Source: a bacterium
GTDB taxonomy: Bacteria > Patescibacteriota > Patescibacteriia > JAHIZJ01
Length of the DNA: 64,000 nucleotides
Reading direction: 5' to 3'
Assembly: GCA_030699685.1 (NCBI GenBank)
Contig: JAUYLJ010000054.1
Span: 309-64,308 of the forward strand
Below the pieces are notes generated by a model. The model saw nothing but the letters and a program-made list of their open reading frames with translations, was not told the DNA's origin and searched no databases. The stretch's first letter is position 1. Every line of letters begins with the position of its first letter. Made by a program: the position numbers and the translations under genes. This document shows, one piece after another, positions 50,065-59,916 of the stretch.

Positions 50065-50913
50065 ATGCTTGGGTATATTACCGGGGCACTTGCCTCGGCT
50101 TTACTGCTGTACATGAACTGGCTGCTTGTCCGATCGTTGAGGTGCTATCCTCCAAACCCGACGCCGGTAACATTGCTGGCTATTTACCTGATCCTCAACG
50201 CGATCACCTATCAGCAATTCTCTTCCTGGGAGGCTCAACTCCATGCCTACACCGCGGTGTTGGCTGGATCATTCACGTGCATCGTCACCTGGCTACGCCT
50301 CAAGCGCCGAAGCTGGCGGTCAGTGAAGGCACTCCTGCGCTTCAACTGGGTTGATGCCATAGTCGCCGTGACCATCTTCATCATCCTGGTAGTCTGGGCA
50401 TTTCTGGATGCCCGATATGCCAACTGGGTCGGGCAGATTACGCTTGTGATCATCTTCATTCCGTTCATTAAGAAGGCATGGTGCAGCCAGGCGTCGATGA
50501 GCGTGAGGCCGTGGGTAGTGGGAATGATATCTTTTTGCCTTCAGGGTTTGGTGACCCTGGGTGGGGAATGGGAATCAATGGTTTATCCCCTCGTCGGCAT
50601 TGTCTGCTATCACAGCATCCTTGGCGTTTTGTTTTCACGGCCGCTGAGGTTCGAAATGGACGGGTGTTCTTTATTTAGATTATCTGAGGCTGATCGAGTC
50701 AGTATGGGAGATGTTCTGGCAACGGAGGTGGAACGCGGACTCGAGCGCTTTGCCGGACATTCGTTCTTCGTCCCGTGTCCGAATCCGGACTGTCAGTTGC
50801 GTGAAAGCGCGGAAGTGATCCCCTTTGGTCCATACGTGAGGATCTTTCACGCTTGCGGATATGAATATCGTTGTCATGCGCGGTTATCTGGGTCACTCTC
50901 AGAAATCATCTGA
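50065..50913 (+). CDS. hypothetical membrane protein with C-terminal Cys/His cluster
   Basis: About 6-7 TM, then CPNPDC..HACG. Confidence 0.7.
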   Translation: MLGYITGALASALLLYMNWLLVRSLRCYPPNPTPVTLLAIYLILNAITYQQFSSWEAQLHAYTAVLAGSFTCIVTWLRLKRRSWRSVKALLRFNWVDAIVAVTIFIILVVWAFLDARYANWVGQITLVIIFIPFIKKAWCSQASMSVRPWVVGMISFCLQGLVTLGGEWESMVYPLVGIVCYHSILGVLFSRPLRFEMDGCSLFRLSEADRVSMGDVLATEVERGLERFAGHSFFVPCPNPDCQLRESAEVIPFGPYVRIFHACGYEYRCHARLSGSLSEII

Positions 50914-51217
50914 GAGTTTTTTATTGGTTTTTTGGACTAGGCGCAGTTTTCGTGGGAAAATCGATTTTTTGCCAACTGCTTCATCCCGGATTTCTGGTTG
51001 ATAGGAACTGCTATTACGTGGATCATTGATTTCCCGTCTTGGGTTTTTTCCCGACGCCCATCAACTTTGATTTGGAACGGGGTAAGTCGTCTTAAAATCG
51101 AACACGCGGCCTCAAACCCAATTGTATCCTACGTTACACGGCATCCATGCCAGGTAAGATTTGTGATCTGGCACTGAAATTGGTATAATGGCTTCGATAC
51201 GCTAAGAAAAAAAATGG

Positions 51218-51317
51218 ACCCGGCAGTCTCGCGGGGGTATATCTCGAGAATGGACCGGGCCCTTACTCTCTGCGCTGGGCAGAGAGCGGCGCCTCCTTGC
51301 GCCGACTGGAACTGGGT
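51218..51317 (+). promoter_or_regulatory. structured 5' leader of glyS
   Basis: Closing helix ACCCGG-CAGTC/GACTG-CTGGGT enclosing three hairpins, downstream of TGgTATAAT (51181-51189). Confidence 0.5.
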
Positions 51318-51356
51318 GATACGGAAGCGTGAAAATGCTAACACGGAAAAATAACC

Positions 51357-52709
51357 ATGTCAACAGATATTACACGAATGGAATCGATTGTTTCACTGGC
51401 TAAACGCCGGGGATTTATCTTTCCGACTGCCGAGAAATACGGCGGGCTAGGCGGATTCTGGGATTGGGGCGCTTTGGGGGTTGAATTCAAAAACAATATC
51501 AAGCAAGCCTGGTGGAAGAAATTCGTTCAGGGCCGGAGGGACGTGGTTGGGCTGGACAGCGCCATTGTCACCAATCCGACAGTTTGGGAGAAGAGCGGGC
51601 ACCTAAAAGGATTTACTGACAGCTTGATTGAGTGCAAGAAATGTCATAAGCGCTACAAAGCGGATGATCTCCATCCGCCGGGCAAAGCTGGACGCTCTTG
51701 CCCAAACTGCGACAGCATGGAATTTTCCGATGAAAGAGCTTTTAATACCATGTTCAAGACTTTTGTCGGGCCGGTGGAAGATTCGGCGTCGATTGCATAC
51801 CTGCGACCTGAAACCGCGCAGAACATTTTTGTGAATTTTGAAAGCGTCCAGACGAGCTCCCGTCTAAAGCTGCCCTTTGGCATTGCCCAGATAGGCAAAG
51901 CATTCCGGAATGAAATTACTCCTGGCAATTTTATTTTTCGGTCGCGAGAGTTTGAACAGATGGAGCTTGAATACTTCGTCAAACCGGGTGAAGACTCCAA
52001 GTGGTTTGAATATTGGGTTGAGGAAGCGTATCAGTGGTTTATTGGCTTGGGCATCAAGAAGGAGCATCTGCGTAAACATCCTCAAAGCAAGGGAGAGTTG
52101 GCCCACTACGCCAAAGCTACGGTTGATTTGGAGTATCGGTGGCCATTTTCCACCTCCGGAGGAGATGAAGGCTGGTCCGAACTGATAGGCGTTGCCAACC
52201 GGGGAGACTTTGACCTGAAGGCGCACGGTTTCAGCGTGAAAGACGAGACGGGCGAATTCGTGCCCTATGTAATAGAGCCGTCTTTTGGCGTCGAGCGTCC
52301 GGCGCTGGCGTTTTTACTCGATTCCTATGACGTGGTCAAGGGCGGGCGGACGACGACTACCGAGAGCAATAAGGAAGAAGAAATAGTACTGCGATTGCAC
52401 AAGAGCCTGGCTCCGGTTAAAGTGGCGGTTCTTCCGCTTTCGAAAAAAGAGCCGTTGGTGAAAGAAGCGGGAAAAATATTTGAGGAGATTGCATCGCGCT
52501 TTGCCTGCGCCTACGATGATACCGCATCTATCGGTCGGCGCTACCGGCGTCAGGATGAGATAGGCACGCCCTACTGTCTGACTGTGGACTTTGAAACCCT
52601 GGAAGACAAGAAGGTTACCATACGCGACCGCGACACAATGGAACAAGAACGGGTGGCGGTTGAAGAATTAACAATCTATTTAACAGAAAAATTCAATGCG
52701 TTTTCGTAA
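51357..52709 (+). CDS. glyQS: glycine--tRNA ligase (alpha2, eukaryote/archaea-like)
   Basis: YLRPETAQ, GKAFRNEITP..FIFRSREFEQME, VIEPSFG, SIGRRYRRQDEIGTP. Confidence 0.96.
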   Translation: MSTDITRMESIVSLAKRRGFIFPTAEKYGGLGGFWDWGALGVEFKNNIKQAWWKKFVQGRRDVVGLDSAIVTNPTVWEKSGHLKGFTDSLIECKKCHKRYKADDLHPPGKAGRSCPNCDSMEFSDERAFNTMFKTFVGPVEDSASIAYLRPETAQNIFVNFESVQTSSRLKLPFGIAQIGKAFRNEITPGNFIFRSREFEQMELEYFVKPGEDSKWFEYWVEEAYQWFIGLGIKKEHLRKHPQSKGELAHYAKATVDLEYRWPFSTSGGDEGWSELIGVANRGDFDLKAHGFSVKDETGEFVPYVIEPSFGVERPALAFLLDSYDVVKGGRTTTTESNKEEEIVLRLHKSLAPVKVAVLPLSKKEPLVKEAGKIFEEIASRFACAYDDTASIGRRYRRQDEIGTPYCLTVDFETLEDKKVTIRDRDTMEQERVAVEELTIYLTEKFNAFS

Positions 52710-53973
52710 GACTGTCTTGCCGAACGGATTACGCCTAGTCACGGTTCCGCGCACTGACTCTAAAGCCGTCACCGTGCTATTTCTCGTCAAAGTGGGTTCT
52801 CGCCAAGAAAGCTCCTCCATTAACGGTATTTCCCATTTTATAGAACATCTGATGTTTAAAGGGACGGAAAAAAGACCCACTACTCTTGACATCTCAAAGG
52901 CGCTTGATCAGGTAGGCGCCGAATACAATGCCTTTACCGGAAAAGACCACACCGGATATTACATCACTGTCAATAAAGCTAAGACCCGCTTGGCGCTCGA
53001 CATTTTATCGGACATGTTGCAGAACTCAAAATTTGATTCGAAAGAACTGGAGCGCGAGCGCACTGTTATTATCGAAGAGATCAACATGTACGAGGATAAC
53101 CCGATGATGTACGTGGAAGAGATTTTTGAGCAACTGTTTTACGGAAAGAACCATCCGTTGGGCCAGTTGATTGCTGGTCCACGCTCCGTCATCCGCAAAG
53201 TAAGCCGCGCCGACATGATGCGCTACATAGGCAAGCACTATTCAGCTCGGAACTCAGTGCTGGCGGTGGCGGGAGCGATTGACAAAACGCTGATGAAGCA
53301 AGCCAAAGAGCTGTTTGGCGGGATAGGCTCCGGAAGCGCGCCGAAACGTTTCAGCCAGGCGTCTCACCGTCAAACCGCGCCGCGTCTAAAAGTACTAGAG
53401 AAAAAAACTGAACAAATCCAGATTTGCTTAGGGTTCCCGGGACTCTCATATACTAACTCTCAGTATCCGGCGCTTGAATTGCTTAGCGTTATATTAGGCG
53501 GAAACATGAGCTCGCGGCTCTTCATCAATATACGCGAACGGCTGGGTTTGGCGTACTTCGTCAAAGCCAGCGCCAACGCGTATGAAGACAGCGGCACTTT
53601 CGCCATCCAGGCCGGTTTGGACAAGAAGCGCTTTGTCAAGGCAGTGGCGGCCATTTTGAAAGAGGTGACGATGGTGAAGAACGAAGGCGTCACCGAGGAC
53701 GAGCTGAAGAAGGCCCGTGATTTTCTCCGCGGCAAGATGGTGCTGGGATTGGAGGATTCGAGCAGTTTGGCTTCCTGGGCAGGCAAAATGGAAACCTTCG
53801 ACCATGAAATTCTCACTCCCGAACAACGCTATGCCCAGTACAGAAAAGTCACTCCCTCCCAGATTCAAAAGCTGGCCAATCGGCTCTTTTTGCCCAAGTG
53901 GCTGAATGTGGCTGTCATTGGTTCGGCGGGAAATCCCGCAGCTTTGCGTCAAATTATCCGCCAGCCGTTTTAA
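52696..53973 (+). CDS. M16 family zinc peptidase
   Basis: HFIEH inverted zincin motif, NAFT, SSRLF..IRE..GLAY. Confidence 0.93.
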   Translation: MRFRKTVLPNGLRLVTVPRTDSKAVTVLFLVKVGSRQESSSINGISHFIEHLMFKGTEKRPTTLDISKALDQVGAEYNAFTGKDHTGYYITVNKAKTRLALDILSDMLQNSKFDSKELERERTVIIEEINMYEDNPMMYVEEIFEQLFYGKNHPLGQLIAGPRSVIRKVSRADMMRYIGKHYSARNSVLAVAGAIDKTLMKQAKELFGGIGSGSAPKRFSQASHRQTAPRLKVLEKKTEQIQICLGFPGLSYTNSQYPALELLSVILGGNMSSRLFINIRERLGLAYFVKASANAYEDSGTFAIQAGLDKKRFVKAVAAILKEVTMVKNEGVTEDELKKARDFLRGKMVLGLEDSSSLASWAGKMETFDHEILTPEQRYAQYRKVTPSQIQKLANRLFLPKWLNVAVIGSAGNPAALRQIIRQPF

Positions 53974-54016
53974 TGTTTGCTAATTTTGTCTTTTCTCGGT
54001 ATACTCAAAAGGCGAA

Positions 54017-55102
54017 ATGTACCACCAGATGAAAGATAAAGAACAAAAAAATTCCACTGTTTCGATCTCTACTGCGACCATTTTCAAGGTGATAGCGATC
54101 GGTTTGGCGATGTGGTTCCTCTACTCGATACTGAATGTGATCGGAATTTTATTTGTGTCACTGATTTTTACAGCTGGTATTGCACCATGGGTAGATTGGC
54201 TTGAAGACAAAAGAATTCCAAGGGTGATTGGGACAACAGTTCTGTATGTGATAACCTTGTCTATTTTCAGCCTGGTTATTATTTTAATCATCCCGCCGGT
54301 GACCGAACAAATCGGCCAGATCACCTCGGTTTTTCCGGAGTATTATAATCGCATTTCGCAGGACGTCGAGGCATTGCGCGAAAGCGGCGGGGACAATGCC
54401 TTTGTGACCACGGTTCAGGAGGCGTTGCGCACTGTTAATGAAAACCTTGGCCGGGCCGCTTCCGGCATCTTCTCCAGCCTGGTTACGATCTTTGGTGGCT
54501 TAGCTTCATTCCTCAGTATTGCCGTGATCACTTTCTACCTTATGTTAGAACGCAATGGCATGAAGAAAATTATCCATGCTCTTGCGCCAGCGCAGTACCA
54601 GCCCTACCTCACCCACCTGGGCAATCGAATCACCTTGAAGTTGGGCTCTTGGCTGCGAGGGCAGCTGATGCTGGGATTGATCATCTTCGTGATTACTTAC
54701 GTTGGTTTGCTGGTCTTGGGAGTGAAGTATGCTCTCGTGCTGGCGTTGATCGCCGGGATCCTGGAATTGATCCCCATCATCGGTCCCATCCTTAGCGCCA
54801 TCCCCGCCCTTTTCCTGAGTTTTGCCGAATCACCGGCCAAGGCGCTGCTGGTACTGATACTCTATGTCGTGATTCAGCAATTGGAAAACCAGATCGTCGT
54901 GCCGAAGGTGATGCAAAAGTCGGTTGGCCTCAACCCCGTGGTGGTCATCGTCGCCATGCTGATTGGAGCTAAGCTTGGCGGCCTGCTAGGAATTATCCTG
55001 GCGATCCCGACGGCTGCGATCATCCAGGTTTTCTCCAGTGATTTTTTCGGGAGTCAGCGTGACAAAGACAATGCACTCGAATCAGAAAGCCAGCCAAGCT
55101 AA
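54017..55102 (+). CDS. AI-2E family transporter
   Basis: WLRGQL, IPIIGP, QQLEN..PKVM..VGLNP. Confidence 0.9.
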   Translation: MYHQMKDKEQKNSTVSISTATIFKVIAIGLAMWFLYSILNVIGILFVSLIFTAGIAPWVDWLEDKRIPRVIGTTVLYVITLSIFSLVIILIIPPVTEQIGQITSVFPEYYNRISQDVEALRESGGDNAFVTTVQEALRTVNENLGRAASGIFSSLVTIFGGLASFLSIAVITFYLMLERNGMKKIIHALAPAQYQPYLTHLGNRITLKLGSWLRGQLMLGLIIFVITYVGLLVLGVKYALVLALIAGILELIPIIGPILSAIPALFLSFAESPAKALLVLILYVVIQQLENQIVVPKVMQKSVGLNPVVVIVAMLIGAKLGGLLGIILAIPTAAIIQVFSSDFFGSQRDKDNALESESQPS

Positions 55103-55793
55103 ACCACCTGGCTCATTGGCCGTGGTGGCAACACCGATCGGTAATTTAAATGATGTCAGCAGGCGGGCGATCGAAACGCTGAGATCTGCAAACGCAATAA
55201 TCTGCGAAGACACCCGGGTAACACGCAAACTGCTCAGCCATCTTGAAATTTCCGTTCCGCTCATCTCGCTTCATCATCATTCCGGCCGTGAAAAATACGA
55301 AGAAGTCATCGAAAAAATTGCTGATGGCGGAAATTTGGCCATGGTCAGCGATGCCGGTACGCCCGGCGTGTCGGATCCGGGAAATATGCTGATACGAAAA
55401 TTAGTTGATTCGCTCGGTGAACGAGTGCGTATCACCGCTGTTCCTGGGCCGAGTGCGTTAACCGCCGCGCTGAGCATTTCCGGTTTGCCGAGCGACAGGT
55501 TTCTCTTCCTTGGCTTCTTGCCGCATAAGAAGGGAAGAGAAACGTTGTTTCGCAAAATTATTGAGAGCCAGGAAACGGTGGTATTTTTTGAGTCGCCGCA
55601 CAGGATACTCAAAACATTGGAGCGCTTAGATCAGCTGATGACTCCAGAGCGGCCAATGGTAATCGTGCGCGAAGCTACGAAAATGTATGAAGAGCGAGTG
55701 GGCGAGACGGTGAGCGAGTGCCACAATCTTTTTCAGTCCAATCCGCAAAAAGTGAAGGGAGAATTCGTCGTCATAGTCGGTGTGGAGAATTGA
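55071..55793 (+). CDS. rsmI: 16S rRNA (C1402-2'-O)-methyltransferase
   Basis: VATPIGNL.D, CEDTRVT, VSDAGTPGVSDPG, FESPHR, KGEFV. Confidence 0.95.
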   Translation: MHSNQKASQAKPPGSLAVVATPIGNLNDVSRRAIETLRSANAIICEDTRVTRKLLSHLEISVPLISLHHHSGREKYEEVIEKIADGGNLAMVSDAGTPGVSDPGNMLIRKLVDSLGERVRITAVPGPSALTAALSISGLPSDRFLFLGFLPHKKGRETLFRKIIESQETVVFFESPHRILKTLERLDQLMTPERPMVIVREATKMYEERVGETVSECHNLFQSNPQKVKGEFVVIVGVEN

Positions 55794-55909
55794 TAGGGAG
55801 CGGTAGACGGGGGGTGGTATTGCTGATAAGGTGAAATGGAAAGGGTAATGAACTGAGAGCAAATCAGTAAGCGGGTCTGCAGTCAGCGCGAAAACTCACA
55901 TTCAAGAAT

Positions 55910-56026
55910 ATGAAAAAGAAGTTCTATATCACCACTCTTATGTACTATATTAACAACTTCGCACAGTGTCCCTGCGCTTCAAGTACGGGGCGAAATTTAG
56001 TTTTAACGGAATTTCTCCGTGTCTAA
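55910..56026 (+). pseudogene. degenerate duplicate of metG 5' end / uORF
   Basis: MKKKFYITTLMYYINN vs metG SKRFYITTPIYYVND; stop overlaps the metG start. Confidence 0.7.
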
Positions 56027-57452
56027 AAGGTTTTACATTACAACACCAATTTACTATGTTAATGACCGGCCGCACGTCGGCACCGCCTATACCACGATTG
56101 CGGCAGACGTAGTCGCCAGATGGCATCGTCAGCGAGGGGATGAGGTGTTTTTTCTGACAGGTACGGATGAGCATGGGGCCAAGGCCGCCGAAAGCGCGGC
56201 TAAAGCCGGAAAATCTCCTGAAGAATTCACCGCTGAAATCGCCCAGCTGTTTCAGCTGGCCTGGAAGAACCTGAATATCAAATACGACGACTTTATCCGT
56301 ACGACGGAAAAAAGACACGCCCGTTCGGTGGAAAAATTTATGCAGCTTTTGAAGGATAACGACGCGATTTACAAAGGAACCTATGAGGGGCTCTACTGCG
56401 TCGGTTGCGAGAAGTTCATTACCGAAAAAGAACTGGTGGATGGCAAATGCCCCCTGCACAACCGCGTACCCGAGAAGATAAAAGAAAAAAACTATTTTTT
56501 TCGTCTGACAAAATACCTCGACACGGTGCGTCGCCTGATCGAAACCGACGAAATTGTGATTGAGCCGGTGGAGCGCAAGAAAGAAGCTCTAGGCCTCTTC
56601 CAGCAGGGTTTGGAGGATTTTTCGGTCTCGCGTGAAAAAGTGAAATGGGGCATTCCGCTTCCATTTGATTCGAAACAAGTGATTTATGTCTGGGTGGAAG
56701 CATTGCAGAATTATGTTTCTGCCATTGGTTACGGCGATGACATTGACCGCTTCCATCGATGGTGGCCGGTCGACGTGCAACTGATGGCCAAAGATATCTT
56801 GAAGTTCCACGCCATTTACTGGCCTGCTATGTTACTGGCGGTAGGGGAGAAAGCACCCAAAAAAGAATTTATTCATGGTTTTTTCTCGATCAACGGGAAG
56901 AAAATGGGCAAATCCTTGGGCAACACTATCGACCCCAACGACATGGTGGAGAAATTCGGGAGCGATGGCGCTCGCTATCTCCTTTTATCACAGTTTCCTT
57001 TCGGGCAGGACGGTGATATCCAGGAGTCGCGTTTTGTTGAGAAATACAATGCAGATCTGGCCAATGGCCTGGGCAATCTAGTCAGCCGCACGGCCAATCT
57101 GATGGAGAAATATGCTGTAGAAAATTCCATGACGGATCCGGGAATTGCCAGTGACAAAATCGAGGAAATTGAGTCGGCGATCCAGGAGCTGTCTTTGGAG
57201 AACGCGTTAAAGAAAATTTTCCAGCTGATAGCCGAAGTCAATAAATATCTCGATGCCGAGTCGCCCTGGAAAATGGACGACAGCCAGGCGGAAAAAAGAG
57301 CGGAGGTTTTACGGGATTGCGCCGCCAGAGTACGAAGGATCGCCCGGCTTGTCTATCCCTTTCTCCCTATCGCCAGTCGCAGAATCGAGCGTCAATTTTC
57401 GGAGTCGCTTGTAAAAAAAGAAGATCCTCTTTTCCCTCGCATTCAAGCATAA
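56019..57452 (+). CDS. metG: methionine--tRNA ligase
   Basis: YITTPIYYVN..HVG, GTDEHG, KDILKFH, KMGKS; GTG start. Confidence 0.96.
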   Translation: MSKRFYITTPIYYVNDRPHVGTAYTTIAADVVARWHRQRGDEVFFLTGTDEHGAKAAESAAKAGKSPEEFTAEIAQLFQLAWKNLNIKYDDFIRTTEKRHARSVEKFMQLLKDNDAIYKGTYEGLYCVGCEKFITEKELVDGKCPLHNRVPEKIKEKNYFFRLTKYLDTVRRLIETDEIVIEPVERKKEALGLFQQGLEDFSVSREKVKWGIPLPFDSKQVIYVWVEALQNYVSAIGYGDDIDRFHRWWPVDVQLMAKDILKFHAIYWPAMLLAVGEKAPKKEFIHGFFSINGKKMGKSLGNTIDPNDMVEKFGSDGARYLLLSQFPFGQDGDIQESRFVEKYNADLANGLGNLVSRTANLMEKYAVENSMTDPGIASDKIEEIESAIQELSLENALKKIFQLIAEVNKYLDAESPWKMDDSQAEKRAEVLRDCAARVRRIARLVYPFLPIASRRIERQFSESLVKKEDPLFPRIQA

Positions 57453-57455
57453 TCC

Positions 57456-57971
57456 ATGGCTATCTTCGATCTCATACTGCTGATTTTCCTTGGTGGCTTT
57501 ATCGTACTTGGCTTTTTTACGGGTCTGTTTCAGTCGGCCGGAGCGATCATGGGATTGCTGGTCGGGTACTGGTTTGCCAGCCGCTATTATCAGTCGCTCG
57601 GAGATTTCTTTGAGCCGATACTTTTCGGGCATTCGGGACTGTCGAACTTGATCGCTTTTGTCTTTATTCTGATGCTGGTCGTCCATCTGATCGGATTGAT
57701 GGTTTGGTTTTTTGCGAAGACGATGAAAATCTTGGAAAAGCATCCGTATTACCACCTGCTAAACCGGCTCGGAGGGGCGGTGCTGGGATTCGTCGAAGGG
57801 CTGTTTGTCATCGGAATCGTGCTGGTGGCGATAGAACAGATATCGCTTACTCCGGCGTTGGTTTCGGCGATGGCAAATTCCGCCTTGGCTCCTATATTTC
57901 TCCAGACAGCCGGACTGCTGGATTTTGTTTTGCCGGCGGCCTATTATGCTTTTGAGACTTTTGGGCCATGA
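57456..57971 (+). CDS. CvpA family protein
   Basis: IFDLILL..GFFTG; LNRLGGAVLG. Confidence 0.85.
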   Translation: MAIFDLILLIFLGGFIVLGFFTGLFQSAGAIMGLLVGYWFASRYYQSLGDFFEPILFGHSGLSNLIAFVFILMLVVHLIGLMVWFFAKTMKILEKHPYYHLLNRLGGAVLGFVEGLFVIGIVLVAIEQISLTPALVSAMANSALAPIFLQTAGLLDFVLPAAYYAFETFGP

Positions 57972-58756
57972 GGTTGATAGACTCGCACGCGCATTTGAAT
58001 TTTCGAGGTTTCCGAAAGAACCGGGAAGAGGTGATCGCTCAATGCATCGAGAGCGATATTCGCGTAGTCAACCCAAGTTCGCAGCTGACTACAAGTGAAG
58101 CGGCGGTAGAGCTGGCAAAGAAATACCCGGACTGGATGTACGCGGCTGTGGGATTTCACCCAGTCCATATCGGCGAACAGGAATACCGGCTGGGAGATTT
58201 TGACCGGCTGATCGCAAACAATCCACTTCTGGTACGGGCGATTGGTGAGATAGGTTTGGATTACTACCGTCTTCCGGAAAATGCCTCCAAGGCGCGGGAA
58301 ATCGTCGCTGACCAAAAGATCGCCTTTCGGGAACTTTTAGGCCTTTGCTTGCAATATGACAAAGCCGCCATTATTCATTGTCGGGAAGCCTACGACGATC
58401 TGGCTGATGAAACAGCCGATCATTTTGAAAAAGGCCGGGGTGTTATCCATTGCTATCTCGGGAACCGCGCTCAGGCACGACGTTTTCTGGACCAGGGATT
58501 TCTGCTCGGTTTTACTGGCATTATCACCTTCACTGACGATGAAGAGCTTATTCAGGTGATACGTGAAACGCCTCTTGATCGCGTGCTGGTTGAAACTGAC
58601 TCACCATATTTGGCGCCAGAGCCTGTCCGCCGGACAAAAAATACCCCGCTTAATCTGCATTATGTAGTGGCAAAGATCGCGGAAGTGAAACAGTTGCCCG
58701 TCGAAGAAGTAGCTCGAGCAACAGTAGAGAATGCCGAGAAGTTGTTTAGCCTGTAG
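57968..58756 (+). CDS. tatD: TatD family DNase
   Basis: DSHAH, GFHP, GEIGLDY, HCR, HC, ETDSPYLAP. Confidence 0.93.
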   Translation: MRLIDSHAHLNFRGFRKNREEVIAQCIESDIRVVNPSSQLTTSEAAVELAKKYPDWMYAAVGFHPVHIGEQEYRLGDFDRLIANNPLLVRAIGEIGLDYYRLPENASKAREIVADQKIAFRELLGLCLQYDKAAIIHCREAYDDLADETADHFEKGRGVIHCYLGNRAQARRFLDQGFLLGFTGIITFTDDEELIQVIRETPLDRVLVETDSPYLAPEPVRRTKNTPLNLHYVVAKIAEVKQLPVEEVARATVENAEKLFSL

Positions 58757-58902
58757 TCAAAAATATCCATGTTTGTAGCAACCAAGATGGCTCTGGGTAA
58801 CACCTTGAGCGTTTTCAGAAAATTTCGTGCCACTAGTTATGGCAATCCTTGTCATCACCGCCCAGAGCGAATTGGCGTGCCGGGCGATTAAAAAAACCAC
58901 TC

Positions 58903-59244
58903 CTATGAGGGAGCGGTACTGACAATGATCAAGACGCCATCGCGAAGAAGAAGCTGACGCTTGAGGTCGGAGTCAATGTTGGTTTCAACGACGCGAGCCC
59001 GGACGAAATCTCGGTCAAAGATCACGCTGGCTGGCTTCACCCCTGGACTCGACTTCAAGAAATCCCTGACCTTCTCAGCGTCTTCAGCCGGATTGTCGCC
59101 GGCTTGGAGCCAGATGGTGGCTGTATCCAGCATTCGGTGCTGGAAGACCATCTCAGGTGCGATGTGGTCGGATGTTGTGGTTAACGACGAATATGTTCCT
59201 GCCGCGGTGAGTAGCAGGAACCCCATTAGGACAACCCCCTTCAA
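58903..59244 (-). CDS. hypothetical secreted protein
   Basis: Signal-like N-terminus; TTG start with GGAG upstream. Confidence 0.55.
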   Translation of the reverse strand: MKGVVLMGFLLLTAAGTYSSLTTTSDHIAPEMVFQHRMLDTATIWLQAGDNPAEDAEKVRDFLKSSPGVKPASVIFDRDFVRARVVETNIDSDLKRQLLLRDGVLIIVSTAPS

Positions 59245-59448
59245 GTGCTTGCTCCAATCCTTAAAATGTACGGTACATCAATCCAATTCCCTGATTGATG
59301 CTGACATCCTACACTGTTCGCTTTTTTAACGCAAACGATATTTGCACATCTTCGTGATTTTTCCCCAAGCGCGTTGACTGGAAAGCGTCATTTACAGTAG
59401 AGTAAGAATACTGATGACTCGCGGTGTATTCAAGAAGTGAGAGGAACC

Positions 59449-59751
59449 ATGTACATTTTCAGCGGATTGGTCTTCGGGCTTGGTGCCGCGTTTTTTTTCT
59501 GGAACACGGCGGAGTATGCGCTGGCCTTGATTGTCGGCACTTTCATCTTCCTGCTTTGTCTGCTGACACGGAACAGGAAAGGGGTTGGGCGCGCTTTTCT
59601 CATCGCAGGGCTGACTGGTGTCGTTTTCTGGTTTGTTACCAATCCAGCGTCCGCGGCCATCTACATGGCAGTAGTCTATCTCATGACAGTGGCTTTTCAG
59701 AACATGAACTGGGAAGCCGTCTCAGACATAAACCCCTTCGATATGTACTGA
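59449..59751 (+). CDS. hypothetical membrane protein
   Basis: GAGGA RBS; 4 short hydrophobic segments. Confidence 0.65.
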   Translation: MYIFSGLVFGLGAAFFFWNTAEYALALIVGTFIFLLCLLTRNRKGVGRAFLIAGLTGVVFWFVTNPASAAIYMAVVYLMTVAFQNMNWEAVSDINPFDMY

Positions 59752-59830
59752 GGTCGCAAAGCAGAGACCTGGAATATCTAGCCCGGATCGCAAAAGGAGG
59801 GAATTCCATTTTGAACCAGAGGCAGGCAGA

Positions 59831-59863
59831 AGGACCGCATAGACAATGTGGTCCTATTTTTTT
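59831..59863 (+). terminator. intrinsic terminator
   Basis: AGGACCGCAT-AGACA-ATGTGGTCCT-ATTTTTTT. Confidence 0.8.
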
Positions 59864-59916
59864 CCGCTTGCCAGTGAAGATGAATGTAGTCATACTGTAC
59901 ATATCTGAATTTTTCT

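Noticed and set aside
59751-59830. Possible riboswitch (GGTCGCAAAG..GACC, GCAAAAGGAGGG) before the terminator
   Set aside because: No complete match to a riboswitch consensus I recognise; it lies in a 3' UTR
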